In this document: piece after piece, positions 29,086 to 41,473 of the stretch
Position numbering within the stretch: the first letter of the stretch is position 1
Layout: every line of letters begins with the position of its first letter
Source of the DNA: Phaeosaccion multiseriatum
Lineage: Eukaryota > Protista > Ochrophyta, other classes
Reading direction: 5' to 3'
Assembly (NCBI GenBank): GCA_965112735.1
Contig: OZ218956.1
Location: 1,798,001 to 1,862,000, forward strand
Length of the DNA stretch: 64,000 nucleotides
Made by a program: the position numbers and the translations under genes
Notes under the pieces: model-generated
The model's database searches: none
The model's input: only the letters and a program-made list of their open reading frames with translations
What the model was told of the DNA's origin: nothing

Positions 29086-30833
29086 TGTGTGTGTGTGTGT
29101 GTGTATGAGTGTGTGCGTGTGTGTATGTGTCGTGTGAGTGTTTGTGTATGTGTCGTGTGTGTGTGTGTGTGTGTGTCGTGTGTGTGTGTGTGTGTGTGTG
29201 CATGCATGTTTGTGTGTCGCGTAGGAATCAGCGCGAGTCGAGCACGGGCATGAATAAAAGAGGGCGGCAGGGCAGGGCAGGGCAGGGCAGGCACAAAGGG
29301 TGGGGTCACTATTGACGGAGGATGGACGGAGGGGAGAAGAGAGTGGGTCCTGCACCCCCCAAACTTGTTGCTTTCGTACGACTCAGCTTTCCTTGCCTCT
29401 TCTCGCTACCAACACCCGCTCTGCTGTTGCATCCTTTCCTCCGCTCCTAGAAGAAAGCAGTACCTCCACTCTCTTAAGTCCCTCCCCTCCCTCCCTCCCC
29501 TTGCCCCACCGTCTCCCTCCCTCCCTCCGTCCCTCTCTTACCCACGGGTACACGGTAGCCCATCTTCGCTCCAAGCATGCCCCCCAAGGGGAAGCCGAAG
29601 GTGAAGGCGATGCCAATTAGCCCCTGGAACACCCCGAAGGAGGCTGCCAAATCTCCCTTGTTGGTGACTGCATTGCCGCTCCGAGTGAAGCTCACGCAGT
29701 CTCCCACGGCGGCCGTACCGATGCCGGTCATGCTTTGGGGGGAGGGGGGGGAGGGGGGGAGAGGTTGGGGGTGTAGTTTCAGTTTCACTGTACATGTAAT
29801 TATACCTTCATCCAATTGATCCGAACACCCCTCCCCCTTGTCCTGACACCTCCTCCCTCTGTCCTCACACCACATGTACGTACCAGGAGGTGAGTCCGTC
29901 AACAAGCGCGGCGAGCATGAGGCCAGTGGTGCCCTTGGACATTCCCGTGATGACGAAGCCGGTGCCGAGCCCCACCGCCGCCAGAGCCATGAAGGGCTTG
30001 CGGCCGTACCTGCATGGAAGATAAGGTAGGTAAGTGGAAGGAATTGAAGCAAGGCTTCCTCCCTTCGCTTCCCAACTTCTTCCCCTTCTTTCTCCCAAAG
30101 TGCGTTCCAACGCCGATGGGGAGGGATACCATGCAAACCGAGCAGTGAACAAGATTGCTCTCCTCTGGCTCTCTCACCTGTCACTGAAGTTGGCCCAGAG
30201 ATTGACTGTGAGGAAGGTGAAGAAGGAGTCGATGCTGCTGAGTAGCCCATAGACTGTAGCGGAACGAGGCGTGACCTTACCCTCATCTCCTAGCAAGTTG
30301 TTCACAAGCTTGGGCAGCACGGGGATCACCAGCGCCATGGCGAGGTAGTACATGAAGGCGCTTGTCATTGGCCACAGGGTCGATATCTGACCATCCGGAT
30401 GAGCAACTGTGCTGCCCCTTCTGAAGCTCAAGGAAGGCTTCCTGCTCGTAGGGCGGCTGTCACTGGAGGGGGGGAGGGTGACCTCGGGAGAGTCGCTGCT
30501 GCTGCTGCCGCCCCTCACCTCCAGCAGGTCGCCGTTGGATGCTCCTTCTTCTTCTGCTGCTTTTGCTGCCTCCTCTTCTCCTTCTTCACTCCCACCACCT
30601 CCTCTATCGCTTTCCCCTCCCCGCAGCCACACTGCCTTCCTACTGCGAGTTGAAAGCAGCGATAGGTCGAATCCGTGCCGCTGCTTGGCGTGTTGCAGAG
30701 ATGGAAGATTTAAGGGGTTGGCGCGTGGTTGGCTAGAAGCTGCGCACAAGTGCGTGCCCTCGAGCACAGTGATAAAGATGAAAGCCTTCCTCCTTCTCCT
30801 GCTGCTACTTCTGCTGCTCATCGGGGGAGACAT
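27220..30833 (-). CDS. Major facilitator superfamily transporter, TetA/DHA1-like, 7 exons
   Basis: Exons 30833-30178, 30009-29884, 29732-29542, 29051-28960, about 28632-28345, 27943-27776, about 27503-27220. Motif-A-like NFSDRYGRKP, ALVIPVLP, motif-C-like GIAFTFGFPLGGMLG, MPEPLP..ANPIGA, and about 12 hydrophobic helices. Confidence 0.88.
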
Positions 30834-31282
30834 CTCTTCCTCCAACGGAAGAGGGAAGAGAAAGACATTGAGGGAACTATGCCAATCATGAGTCGAATCA
30901 CCAACACGCGAGATTCGGGAGTGGTTGCTTTCGAGGGGGCGTGGTGAGATGACAAGCATGTGTTAGAAGGAAGCAGCCGTGGTGGTACGCTGTTCCTCGC
31001 AAGTGCTCTACTGCATCTGCTGCTGCCTCGCAGACAGGCACAGGGAGCCCCGCCTTCTTTATCATCAAAAATACCCCGAAGAGCGAGAGAGTCGCAAGGC
31101 GCATAGTGGGTTGGTTAGGTGTGCGAGGATAAGCCCCGCACCCTGGGGAGGGGCGAATCCCTTAGGCCGTTTCCCAGAGCTATCGCTGTGGAGGGGACGG
31201 TCGAGGGTCGCAGTAGCGGAGAGGAAGGCGAGAGAGAGAGGAGCGAGAAGAGGAATTGAGTTTTCAAAAACTCGAACTTGTC
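30834..31282. promoter_or_regulatory. Putative bidirectional promoter (MFS / myotubularin)
   Basis: About 450 bp between divergent ATGs. Confidence 0.5.
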
Positions 31283-32486
31283 ATGCTCAAATCCTTGTAT
31301 TACGACATCAAGTCACCCAGCGGGAGTCGAGTCCCGACAAAGAAGACTTCCCGTGATATTCAGCAGACCCTGCGTAAGCGTCGTCGGAAGCACGGGCAAG
31401 ACTGCGAGGCCTCCACGCGGCTGAGGCAGGAATGGGTGAGACAACAGGACCACTACCAGTACCTCGGCGACCTCACCGTCATTGTTGAGAGGGCGCAGAA
31501 TATCCGGGCCGCAGATGCTACAGGCTTCAGGTGTGTGTTGCGAGTGAGGTGCGCGGGCGTGGGCGTTAAGGGTAAAGGGCGACATGCCTCCGTCGCACCT
31601 GCCACCCCCTAGACAGAGCAGGTGCTTTCCCTCAGTCGCATCCATCCCCAAGGGAGAAAAGAGCACAGTAACGTAGTCTCATCCGCTGCTTAATCCTCCC
31701 CCTCGCCACCAAACCCTAATCCCTCTCTGCCTTCTTCTCCCGTGTTTTTCTCTTCTCTCTTTTCCCACTGCTACTTGTTGCCTCTCCCGCCTCTCCCCCC
31801 GCTTACAAATGGCAGCGACCCGTACTGCATCCTCCTCCTGGAGGGCATCGAGGTGGGGCGCTCCTCCGTCAAGACACAGACCCTGTCTCCGGAGTGGAAA
31901 GAAAGCTTCATCATCCCCCACGCACTGGTGAGTCTCCAGAATCGCCCGCCTCGCCGGGGCTGCTGCACTTGCTCCAGCTGCAGGCAGAACGACGGAGGGT
32001 GTCACTTACTCCCCGCCCCCTCCACTTTCGCCCCCCTCTTTCTCTCTCTCTCTCCCTCCTCTCTCTCTCTCTCTTCACTATCTCTTGATGATGGATGGGA
32101 TGATCTTCCTATTTCTGACGACCCCTCAACTCAACTCCCCGGCCCCTCCCTCCCCTTCCCTTCCCTTTCCCATCGCACTCTCAGATCCGTGAGGCAGCGG
32201 ACGCCAATGCCTGGCCAGTGCCGTATCAGTCTTTGGTGATCCAGCTGTGGGACAAGGACTTCACTTCCAGCGACACCTTCCTTGGATGTGCGCGTATCTT
32301 CCTGGACAACGTCCCGCACGATCGCTTCGGGGGAGGGGGTGAGGACGAAGAAGAAGAGGACAGCAGCAACAATATCAACAACAAAAGCAGCAGCAGTAGC
32401 AGCAGCACCAGCAGTGTTATTAGTAATAGTAGTTTTAGTATCGGCAGGATTAGCAGGAGCAGGAGCAGAAGCGGGAGCAGCAGCAG

Positions 32487-32521
<35 letters not shown>

Positions 32522-35500
32522 GCGGGAGCGGCAGCAGGAGCAGAAGGAAGAGGGTCGGGGCGGGGACGGGAGAGTGGGATGATCTAGAGGAGAACGGGGA
32601 AGCGTGGGAGAGGGGAGATGGAGAGCATGGACGAGACGGGGGCGGAATGCAGTGGTATAGGCTTGTGGACAGGCAAGCAGAGTATGTCGCGGCTATCAAA
32701 ATCACGGTGCGTTTTGTCTGGTATGGTCTGGTCAGGAACGGCGGACCCGCTCTGACTCGCTCACTTCCACCCGGCCCACCTACCCTCACTTCCTACCCTC
32801 ACTACACTTGCCCTCACGGCACGGCTTCAAGAAGAGAAATCACGCCACCACTCACTCCTCCCATCCCCCCCCTCCGCCCCTACCCCCCCCACACACAGGG
32901 GAGGGCCCAAGTGGGCGTGAGGTGGGGGGAGCATCAGGGCTTCGTTGTGGAGGCTGACGTGCGGGACCGTTACGCCCTTGCCGAGCGATTCCCGCCAAGC
33001 CAGGCCGAGTACAGTCACTTATATGCCCTCACTGGGGCAAGCAGCTCCTTCGTGCCTCCGGTGGGGAGGGAGATGATCCTAGAGGTATGTGGGTGCACGT
33101 AGTCGTGAGCTTGAATGGTACAGTAGGGTAGAGGTTCAGTACGTAAGTTTGTGGGTGTGGGTGCGTGTGAGAGGGTGTGTGGGTGTGTGCGACGGTGTGT
33201 GTGAGAGAGAGGGTGTGTGTGTGAGAGAGAGAGAGAGAGGGTGTGTGTGTGAGAGAGAGAGGGTGTGTGTGTGTGAGACGGTGTGTGTGTGAGGGAGAGG
33301 GTGTGTGTGTGAGAGAGAGAGGGTGTGTGTGTGAGAGAGAGGGTTGTGTGAGAGAGAGAGGGTGTGTGTGAGAGAGAGAGGGTGTGTGTGTGAGAGAGAG
33401 AGGGTGTGTGTGTGAGAGAGAGGGTGTGTGTGAGAGAGAGGATGTGTGTGTGAGAGAGAGAGAGTGTGGGCGTGTGAGAGAGAGAGGGTGTGTGTGTGAG
33501 AGAGAGAGGGTGTGGGTATGAGCGTGTTGACGAGACGAACACTTTCACTCGGGCTTTTTCAGTCTTCCTCTCCTTGTGCATTTACCATACCATATCTTCT
33601 CTCCCCTCCGCGTCTCCTCTGTCTCTATCTCCTCTGTCTCTATCGTCCCTCCCTCCCTCTCCCCCTCCCTTCCGTCCATTCCTCCCTCGTTCCCTTCCTC
33701 CCTTCCTCCCTCCCTCCCTCCCTTCCTCCCTCCCTCCCTCCCCCCTTCTCGGTGAAGATAATGATGGACGTGAGTCGCTGGGACGACGCCGGCCACTCCA
33801 AGGGCGTGCAAGGTACCCTTGTCCTCACTGAGCTCAGACTGCTCTTCGTGCCGGACTGCGACGCAGAGACCATGGAGGTAAGTCAATGATTTTGTGGGTG
33901 CGTGCGCGGGTGAGTGTGTGCCTATACTATCTGTGTCCTGATACCCGCACGCGCGGAACTGTGCAATCGACCAACAGCGACGCCACCTGTCTTTTCCCCT
34001 CCCCTCCGACCTTCCCTTCCTTTCCCTTCCCTTCCCCCTCGTCATGACCCTTTCGTTTCACTCCCCTCCTCTCTCTCTCTCTCTCTCTCTCCCTCTCTCT
34101 CCATCTCTCTCTCTCTCCCTTGTGGCCCTCTTTCTCAGGCGTACCTGCACTTCCACACGGTGCAGATTTACCTCCCGAGCATCGACAAAATGTCGCAAAA
34201 GGTTCGATCAAGGACGTGAGGGGGGGGGGGGGGCGCTGCTGCTGGTACCGTTGCTGCCGCGGTATCACCAACTGCCGCTGCTGCTGCTGCTGCTGGTGAT
34301 GGTGGTGTGCGCTATGGTGATGAAGATGGTGGTGGTGGTGGTGGCGGTGGTGGTGGTAGTGCTGGTGCTGGCTGTGGTTGTGGTAGTCCTGGTGGTGTGG
34401 CAGACCAGATCCGCCGATTTCCTTCCTCGCCGCGTCGACCGCCTTACCGCCTGCCCTCACCGCACTACCTCTATTCCTTCCCCTCCTCCTCCTTCTTCTC
34501 CTCCTCCTCCTCCTCCTCCTCCTCCTCCTCCTCCTCCTCCTCCCCCTCCTCCTCCTCCTCCTCCTCGTCCTCCCTCCTTTTGCCCCCCCCCAATCACACA
34601 CGCCCTCCGCACCCTCCTACACACACGACGCGCCCCCACTTAAGCCGATGCATACAAGTGTTCCCGTGAGCGCCTCCCCCTGGCTGCTGAGCATCTCCAC
34701 TCGAGAGGGGCGCGCCCTGCACTTTTCCTGCCCCCCCCTTGACACCATCCGTAGGGGGGAGTGGAGCAGCGTGGAGGAGTGGAGAAGAGGCCTAACTGGA
34801 AGGTACGAAAGAAGGGAGGGAGAAGGAAGAGGGGGGGGGGAGGGAGGGAGGGAGGGAGGGAGGGAGGGAGGGAGGGAGGGAGGGAGGGAGGGAGGGAGGG
34901 AGGGAGAGAGGGAGGGAGAGAGGGAGTCAGGATACTCTGAAAGCAGCTCGCTCCCTTGTTTCTTAGCTAAAGGTCTTCCAACGTTTTCTCTACCCATGTA
35001 GTATGTACCACTCTTTGGTTTGTTTGTTTATTCCTTGAAACCAACCCCTCTACCCGGGAGGGAGGGAGGGAGGGAGGGAGAGAGGGAGGGAGAGAGGGAG
35101 TCAGGATACTCTGAAAGCAGCTCGCCCCCCCCCCCCCCTTGTTTCTTAGCTAAAGGTCTTCCAACGTTTTCTCTACCCATGTAGTATGTATCACTCTTTG
35201 GTTTGTTTGTTTATTCCTTGAAACCAACCCCTCTACACGGTGATTCAGTTTCGTAGGCGACTATAATGGCAATAACCAACCCCTCTACCCGGTCTGTTTC
35301 GTGCATGTGCAACGCTGTCCTCTTGTATGTGTATGGCAGAGCTGCGGGCAGTGCTTTATTTTGCAAGCGCTTAATTCAGGAGATATCCTGGGCCACTTCG
35401 GAGGACCGGTTCATGGAACACTGGGCGGAGCTCTGCAGGGACTTTGATCCCAACTGGAGAGACGGCAAGTGGCTGCGCAGGCTCCGACAGCACGCGGAGA

Positions 35501-36785
35501 GTAGAGGGAGGCCTATCAATGGCAGGAGAAGAGGAAGAAGAAGCGAAGGAGGTGACGGAGGAGGAGGGGAGGGAGAGATAGAAGGTAGAGGGGAGTTGAT
35601 GCAAGGATTGCCACCACCAGCCGGGGGGGCTCTCCCTTCCTGGAGTGCTGAGGACCCGGACATGGATGACTCTGGAGGAGGAGGAGGAGGAGGAGGAGGA
35701 GGAGGAGGAGGAGGAGGAGGAGGAGGAGGAGGAGCAGGAGGAGGAGGAGGAGGAGGAGGAGGAGGAGGAGGAGGAGGAGGAGGAGGGGACGAAGGATGGT
35801 TGGGAGGGGTCGAAGCAGGAGACGACCGACCACAACAAGAGGGTAGAATAGGGAGCAGTTGGCCGGGAGGAGGAGGAGGAAGAGGAGGAGGAGGAGGAGA
35901 AGAAGAAGAAGAAGAAGGAGAGGGGGGTATGAGGACACGGAGGAGTCAAAGCCTCGTCGTCGGCGGAGGGATGATGGGTGTGGTGCCGGAGTGCGACAAG
36001 GAGAACAGGGCGGAGGACCTTGCTGGCTCCGACCTTGGGGCGGCGGACGAGAGAGAGATGGAGCAGTTGGTGATACAACAGTCGCCAAGGCTGTCAACAA
36101 GCTCCTCCTGGAATGGACTCTGGGCAGCAGCGGGAGGAGGAGCCGAGATGGGGCGAGAGGGATCGGGGCAGCAGCAGCAGCAGTTGGTGATACAGCAGCA
36201 GCAGCAGCAGCAGGAGGAGGAGGAGGAGGAGCAGCAGCAGGAGGAGGAGGAGCAGGAGGAGCAGCAGCAGCCTAACCAAAGGGGGAGGAAGAGGCAACTG
36301 AGTGTAGACACTGCAGTAGCACGAGGAGGAGGAGGAGGAGGAGGAGGAGGAGGAGGAGGAGTGAGCGATGATTGGCAGCAGGTGCAGTCTCCCCCTCTCC
36401 AAGGGGCGAGGTGGAGCAGGGAAAGCTCTTTCACCGCTACCGAAGGGGGCTCGCCTGGGATGGGTGGTATGGGTATGCGTGCTTCCCCTGTGCCGGTCAG
36501 AGGAGCTTCCGTCGACCGCCCACTACCATCGTCCTCGTCCCCGCTAGGAGTGGGCTCTAGGACACCCAAGGGCAAGAGGGAGGGGTGGGGCGTGGGAGAG
36601 GGAGAGGGAGAGGGAGAGGGAGGGGACCGGGCCCTAGGTCTTAAGCATCTCAGGGACAAGTCTTCCTTCTGGGGAGGGGTGGGAGGAGGGGACGCCGAGA
36701 GAGGCAAGGACAGCAAGGGGATTGGGGCTGGGCGTGGGAGAGAAGGGAGGAAGGGAAGGGGTGTTGGAGGGGACGGGAGGGAGGT

Positions 36786-36821
<36 letters not shown>

Positions 36822-38774
36822 CGCGCACGCACACACACCCACACACGCACACGCCCACGCCTTCACACAAGAAGAAGAGGAGGAGGAAGAAGGATTCGCG
36901 GCGGCGACGGCGGCGGCGGCAGAGGAGGGGTATGGGTACGACGCCGAAAGAGAGCTTCGTCGAGTCATGGGGCAGTACAACACGCTGTGGAGATTGAGTC
37001 TGGCCAATCGCCAGTACAAGTTGAGCACCACCTACCCCGCTACCCTGGCTTGCCCCTCCTCCATCAGTGATGGTCAGCTTGTGTCGGCGGCAAGGCATCG
37101 CTCCAAGGCGCGTTTGCCGGTGTTGGTGTGGCTGCATCCGGCTTCGAGGGCACCTCTGGTGAGGAGCAGTCAACCGCTGTCAGGTGTAACGTCCAAGGTG
37201 AGGGAGTAAAGCAAGGAGGGGGGGGGGGTGAGGCGGTGAGTGGGTGAAGGGGTGAGTGGGTGAGTGGGTCAGGGGGTGAGCGTATGTCTGTGTGAGTGAG
37301 TGGGTGTGGGTGTGGGTGTGCGTGGGCAAGTGGGTGTGTGCGTGTGGGTATGGGTGTGTGCCTCCTGTTTCTCCTACCTTGCCTTTTTGCCTTGCCTCGC
37401 TGCTGCTGCGCTCTTGCGCTCGGAAAAAAAAACAACTGATACTGTACCACAAACTGCTCAACTTGCTGCTCACAGGTGCTCTTGGAAGACAACCACCTCC
37501 TCGCCGCCATCCGTAACACCGCCGTCCGCACTAAGCATCTCGCCATTGTTGACGCACGCCCTCTCCTCAACGCTCGAGCCAATCAGGTATCGACGGTGAA
37601 GGAAATGACTCAGTTTCACTTCAGTTTCAGTTTACTGACCTCGATCACTGGAACTGTTGATATCGAAACATGGTCATGATACGATACACAGTTAATAAAC
37701 GGTGTGTGGGTATGTGAACGATCAGCCCTCCCCCGTCCCTGTCCGCTTCTCTCAACGCCGCTCCCTCCCCCCGACCCCTCCTCCCCACCTCCTCTCCTCC
37801 CTCCCTCCTCCTTCCCCCCTCCTCTCCTCCCCACCTCCTCTCCTCCCTGCCTCCTCTCCTCCCCACCTCCTCTCCTCCCTCCCTCCCTCCTCTCCTCCCC
37901 TCCCTCCCTCCCTCCCTCCCTCCCTCCCTCCCTCCCTCCCTCCCTCCCTCCCTCCCTCCCTCCCTCCCTCCCTCCCTCCCTCTCCTCCCCACCTCCTCTC
38001 CTCCCTCCCCCCCCCTCCCTCCCTCCCTCCCAGATGTCCGGCAAGGGATTCGAAGACATCGACGCGCTGGGCGGTAAGGGCAAGGCCAGGCTCTACTTTA
38101 TGGACATCGAAAACATTCACGTCATGCGAGACAGCCTCGCTACCCTCACTGCCGCGTGTAGTAAGCCCGGTGTGGACTGCACCAGCGCACTGGCCAGTAG
38201 CGGGTGGCTCAAGCACGTTGCGCATATCGTCAAGGGAGCAGACTTCGTTGCGAGGCAGCTCGAGAGGTATGTGGGTGCGTGCGTTGGTAGATGGTTTGGG
38301 GTCACCCCACCCCATCTCGCCCCACCTCCATCCTCACCCCAGCCCACCTTAACCCACCCATCCCACCCCACATCACCTCACCCCACCCCACCCCCATTCT
38401 CGCCCACATCCCGCCAACCCACCCACCCCACCCCACCCACTCACCCACGTCTACCCCACCCGCTCACCTACGCCAACCCAACCCCACCCCCACCCCCACA
38501 CCTCACCTCAGCGGTTCGGCTGTGCTTGTACACTGCAGCGACGGCTGGGACCGTACGGCGCAACTCTCTGCTCTCGCACAGCTCCTGCTCGACCCATTCT
38601 ACCGCACGGTCCGAGGATTTGAGGTGCTGGTGGAGAAGGAGTGGTGCTCTTTTGGGCACATGTTCGGTCACCGATGCCACTCGGCCTCCAGCGAGCTCTC
38701 CCCCGTGTTCTTGCAGTGGCTGGACGCTGTGTGGCAGATCCTACAGCAGTTTCCCACTAGGTTAGTGTCGTGTG

Positions 38775-38814
<40 letters not shown>

Positions 38815-40313
38815 GTTGAAGTTTTTGCTTGCTTTGCCTTGCTGGCCTTGCTGGCGTTGCGCATACACACGCACACGTACCTGTTTGCCGTGCGTCTTTG
38901 TCTTGCTGGCCTGGTTGCCTTGCTTGCCTTCCTTGCTTTGCTTGCCTCTCGTACTTGCTTGCTTGTGCGTGTGTGTCCCATCAAAATCCGGTGCTATCCT
39001 CTCCCTCTCCCCTACATAAAGCTCTCTCCCTGTCCCCAACCCTTACCCTTTTCCTTCCCTTCAGCTTCGAGTTCTCTGGTCACTACCTCTGCTGCTTAGC
39101 CGAGGCCCTCTACAGTGGAGTGCACGTCACCTTCCGCTTCGACTCGGAGCAGGCCCGCAGGGACAACATATCCGCCGTGCATAAGCGCCTTCAGCAGCAG
39201 CAACAGCAGTTTGTGGTACAGCAGCACAGGAAGGAGAAGGAGAAGGACAAGAAGAGGCACAGCAGCAGCAGCAGCTCGAGCAGTAAGGGGCGTCGACTTC
39301 GTACCAGTGATGGTGGGGGTGGGTGTAGTGGGAGGAGGGAGACAACAGAGCTGCTCAGTGCTTTCCGCTACCTGCGTCTCTTTGTGAGAGGTGGCAAAGG
39401 AAACACCACACGGAACTTGTTGTATCGGACCAACGGAGGCAACAGGGTCCTTCACCCCAGCTACGAGACGCATGCCCTTGCCCTATGGACAGAGTGAGTG
39501 GAAGGGGGACGAAGGGGGCTGAAGGGGGAAGGGGGAGAGGAGGGCAGGGGAAGGGAACAGCAGGGGAGCGTCCAAGCGTCGTCGTCTGGAGCGTGATACC
39601 GGCTACCTGCGGTTACCTGCCGCTTCTCAGGGCCTGATTTGTGCCATACGGCCTTTAATGCCTCCTTCTCCTCCTCCTCCTCCTCCTCCTCCTCCTCCTC
39701 CTCCTCCTCCTCCTCCTCCTCCTCCTCCTCCTCCTCCTCCTCCTCCTCCTCCTCCTCCTCCTCCTCCTCCTCCTCCTCCTCCTCCTCCTCCTCCTCCTCC
39801 TTCTCCTCCTCCTCCTTCTCCTTCTCCTCCTTCTCCTCCTCCTCCTCCTCCTCCTCCTCCTCCTCCTCTTGTGTCAGGCTGTATCTGCGCAACACTCCGG
39901 TGCTTCACCACCGGGCGTCCCATCCTTCGGAAGTGGTGTGTCTGCGGCAGCGACTCCACTCTCTCTCCACCTTTGTGGAAAACATGACAGCGCCAAGCTT
40001 CGGCGGCGCCAGCAAGAAGGGCCCAGGGGGGAAAGACTCAGAAGAAGCAGGAGCAAGAGGAGGAGAAGGAGGAGGGGAGTGGAGTGGTGGCGGCGGCGGG
40101 ATGGCAGCCAACGGTGGCGTGTGGGGGTGGTTGCACTGGGCAGTGGGGCTGCCACGCGTCAACTCATGGGAGCGAGTGAAGCTCGTGTGGCTGGGAGTGA
40201 TGCTCGCCTTAGTGGCGGTGGCTCTGGGAGGGGAGGCGCTTCGGAGGACGGGGGTGCTGATCATCAGTCCGGATGCTTTCGACGGTCTGATGTGCGGCCT
40301 GGGGTGGTGGTAG
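31283..40313 (+). CDS. Myotubularin-family phosphoinositide 3-phosphatase with N-terminal C2 domain, GRAM-like region and C-terminal hydrophobic helix, about 13 exons
   Basis: Exons about 31283-31530, 31816-31928, 32185-32706, 32899-33084, 33758-33877, 34139-34201, 34645-34802, 35340-37197, 37476-37586, 38034-38266, 38512-38760, 39065-39493, 39878-40313. C2: [40 protein letters not shown]-like: [14 protein letters not shown]. Myotubularin: [50 protein letters not shown], catalytic [39 protein letters not shown]. Confidence 0.93.
33170..33515. repeat. Compound (GT)n(GA)n intronic minisatellite
   Basis: Repeating units of about 20-22 bp: GGGTGTGTGTGTGAGAGAGAGA. Confidence 0.9.
34905..35236 (+). 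repeat. About 150-bp near-identical direct duplication in a myotubularin intron
   Basis: AGGGAGTCAGGATACTCTGAAAGCAGCTCG...CCTTGAAACCAACCCCTCTAC at about 34921-35053 and 35095-35236. Confidence 0.92.
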
Positions 40314-40332
40314 GCTTGGTACTCTGTGGGCT

Positions 40333-40516
<184 letters not shown>

Positions 40517-41188
40517 CTGTCTTGGTCATATCTGGTTTGGGTGTGGGAGAGGACTGGACTTGCACAACTTGTGCTGGGACGGCACGGGTGTCTTGTCTTG
40601 GCATCACTTCCATTGCCGGCCGTTCTTTCCCTCTTCTTGAGAGGTACCTTTGTGCGAGTGAGCCGGATGGGGAGATGGAAGGGAGGTTTTTTCCTTGAAG
40701 AAGAGTCTTGTATGGCAAAGTATGGCGTGTGGGCGAGTGCTGAAGAGGAGGGGGGGGGAAGAGGAGGAGGAGGAGGAGGAGGAGGAGGAGGGGGGGGGGG
40801 GGGAGGAGGAGAAGGAGGAGCAGTCGTAGTAGCAGTAGTAGTAGTAGGAGAAGGAGGAGGAGGGGGAGGAGGAGGAGGAGGAGGGGGAGGAGGAGGAGGA
40901 GAAGGAGAAGGAGTTAGAATAGACAGTGTAGGCGCAGAAGGAAGGATCTGCTGTAGACATGGCAGAATTTATTATTCACATTATTCGTAGAACTTGAGCA
41001 TCATTGCATTTTAATTAAATTAGTACGGAGCTTGTGGGGAGAGCACAGCACACTCTCCCGTTTTATGTAAAGTTTGTTCAAAGAGCATAGCACACACACA
41101 CACACACAATAGGCGCACCTAAACCAGCAAACAAAACAATCAAAATTTGTCCTTTAGAGTGCCATCCATCCTGGCAAAGCCTCGCAGC

Positions 41189-41399
41189 TCAGCCGCTCCA
41201 GCTATCAAGGTAAGCCTCCACTCCTCCCTCCCTTGTTGCAGCGGTGGGTGGCTGTGCGTCTCGCCTGGTCTCATGAATGAAGCTTCGCAGAGCCGCAACC
41301 ATGGGTTCTCTGACGGACGGTTGGACTCGCACACCTACCTCGGTCATCATCTTTGCCAATTGAGAGCCACAGAGGATCCACTCCTCCTCCTCATGCTTC

Positions 41400-41430
<31 letters not shown>

Positions 41431-41438
41431 TCTGCTGC

Positions 41439-41473
<35 letters not shown>

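Noticed and set aside
27220-30833. Horizontally acquired tetracycline-resistance gene
   Set aside because: Six spliceosomal introns and host-like composition; TetA-like MFS proteins are widespread in eukaryotes.
32233-32244. TTGGTGATCCAG (LVIQ) in the myotubularin C2 exon
   Set aside because: It is the genuine C2 strand LVIQLWDKD without CAG flanks; probably coincidental.
32670-32960. Possible frameshifts or a GC donor in the myotubularin C2 region
   Set aside because: A canonical phase-0 GT-AG intron at 32707-32898 gives a continuous frame (..IKIT|GRAQVGVRW).
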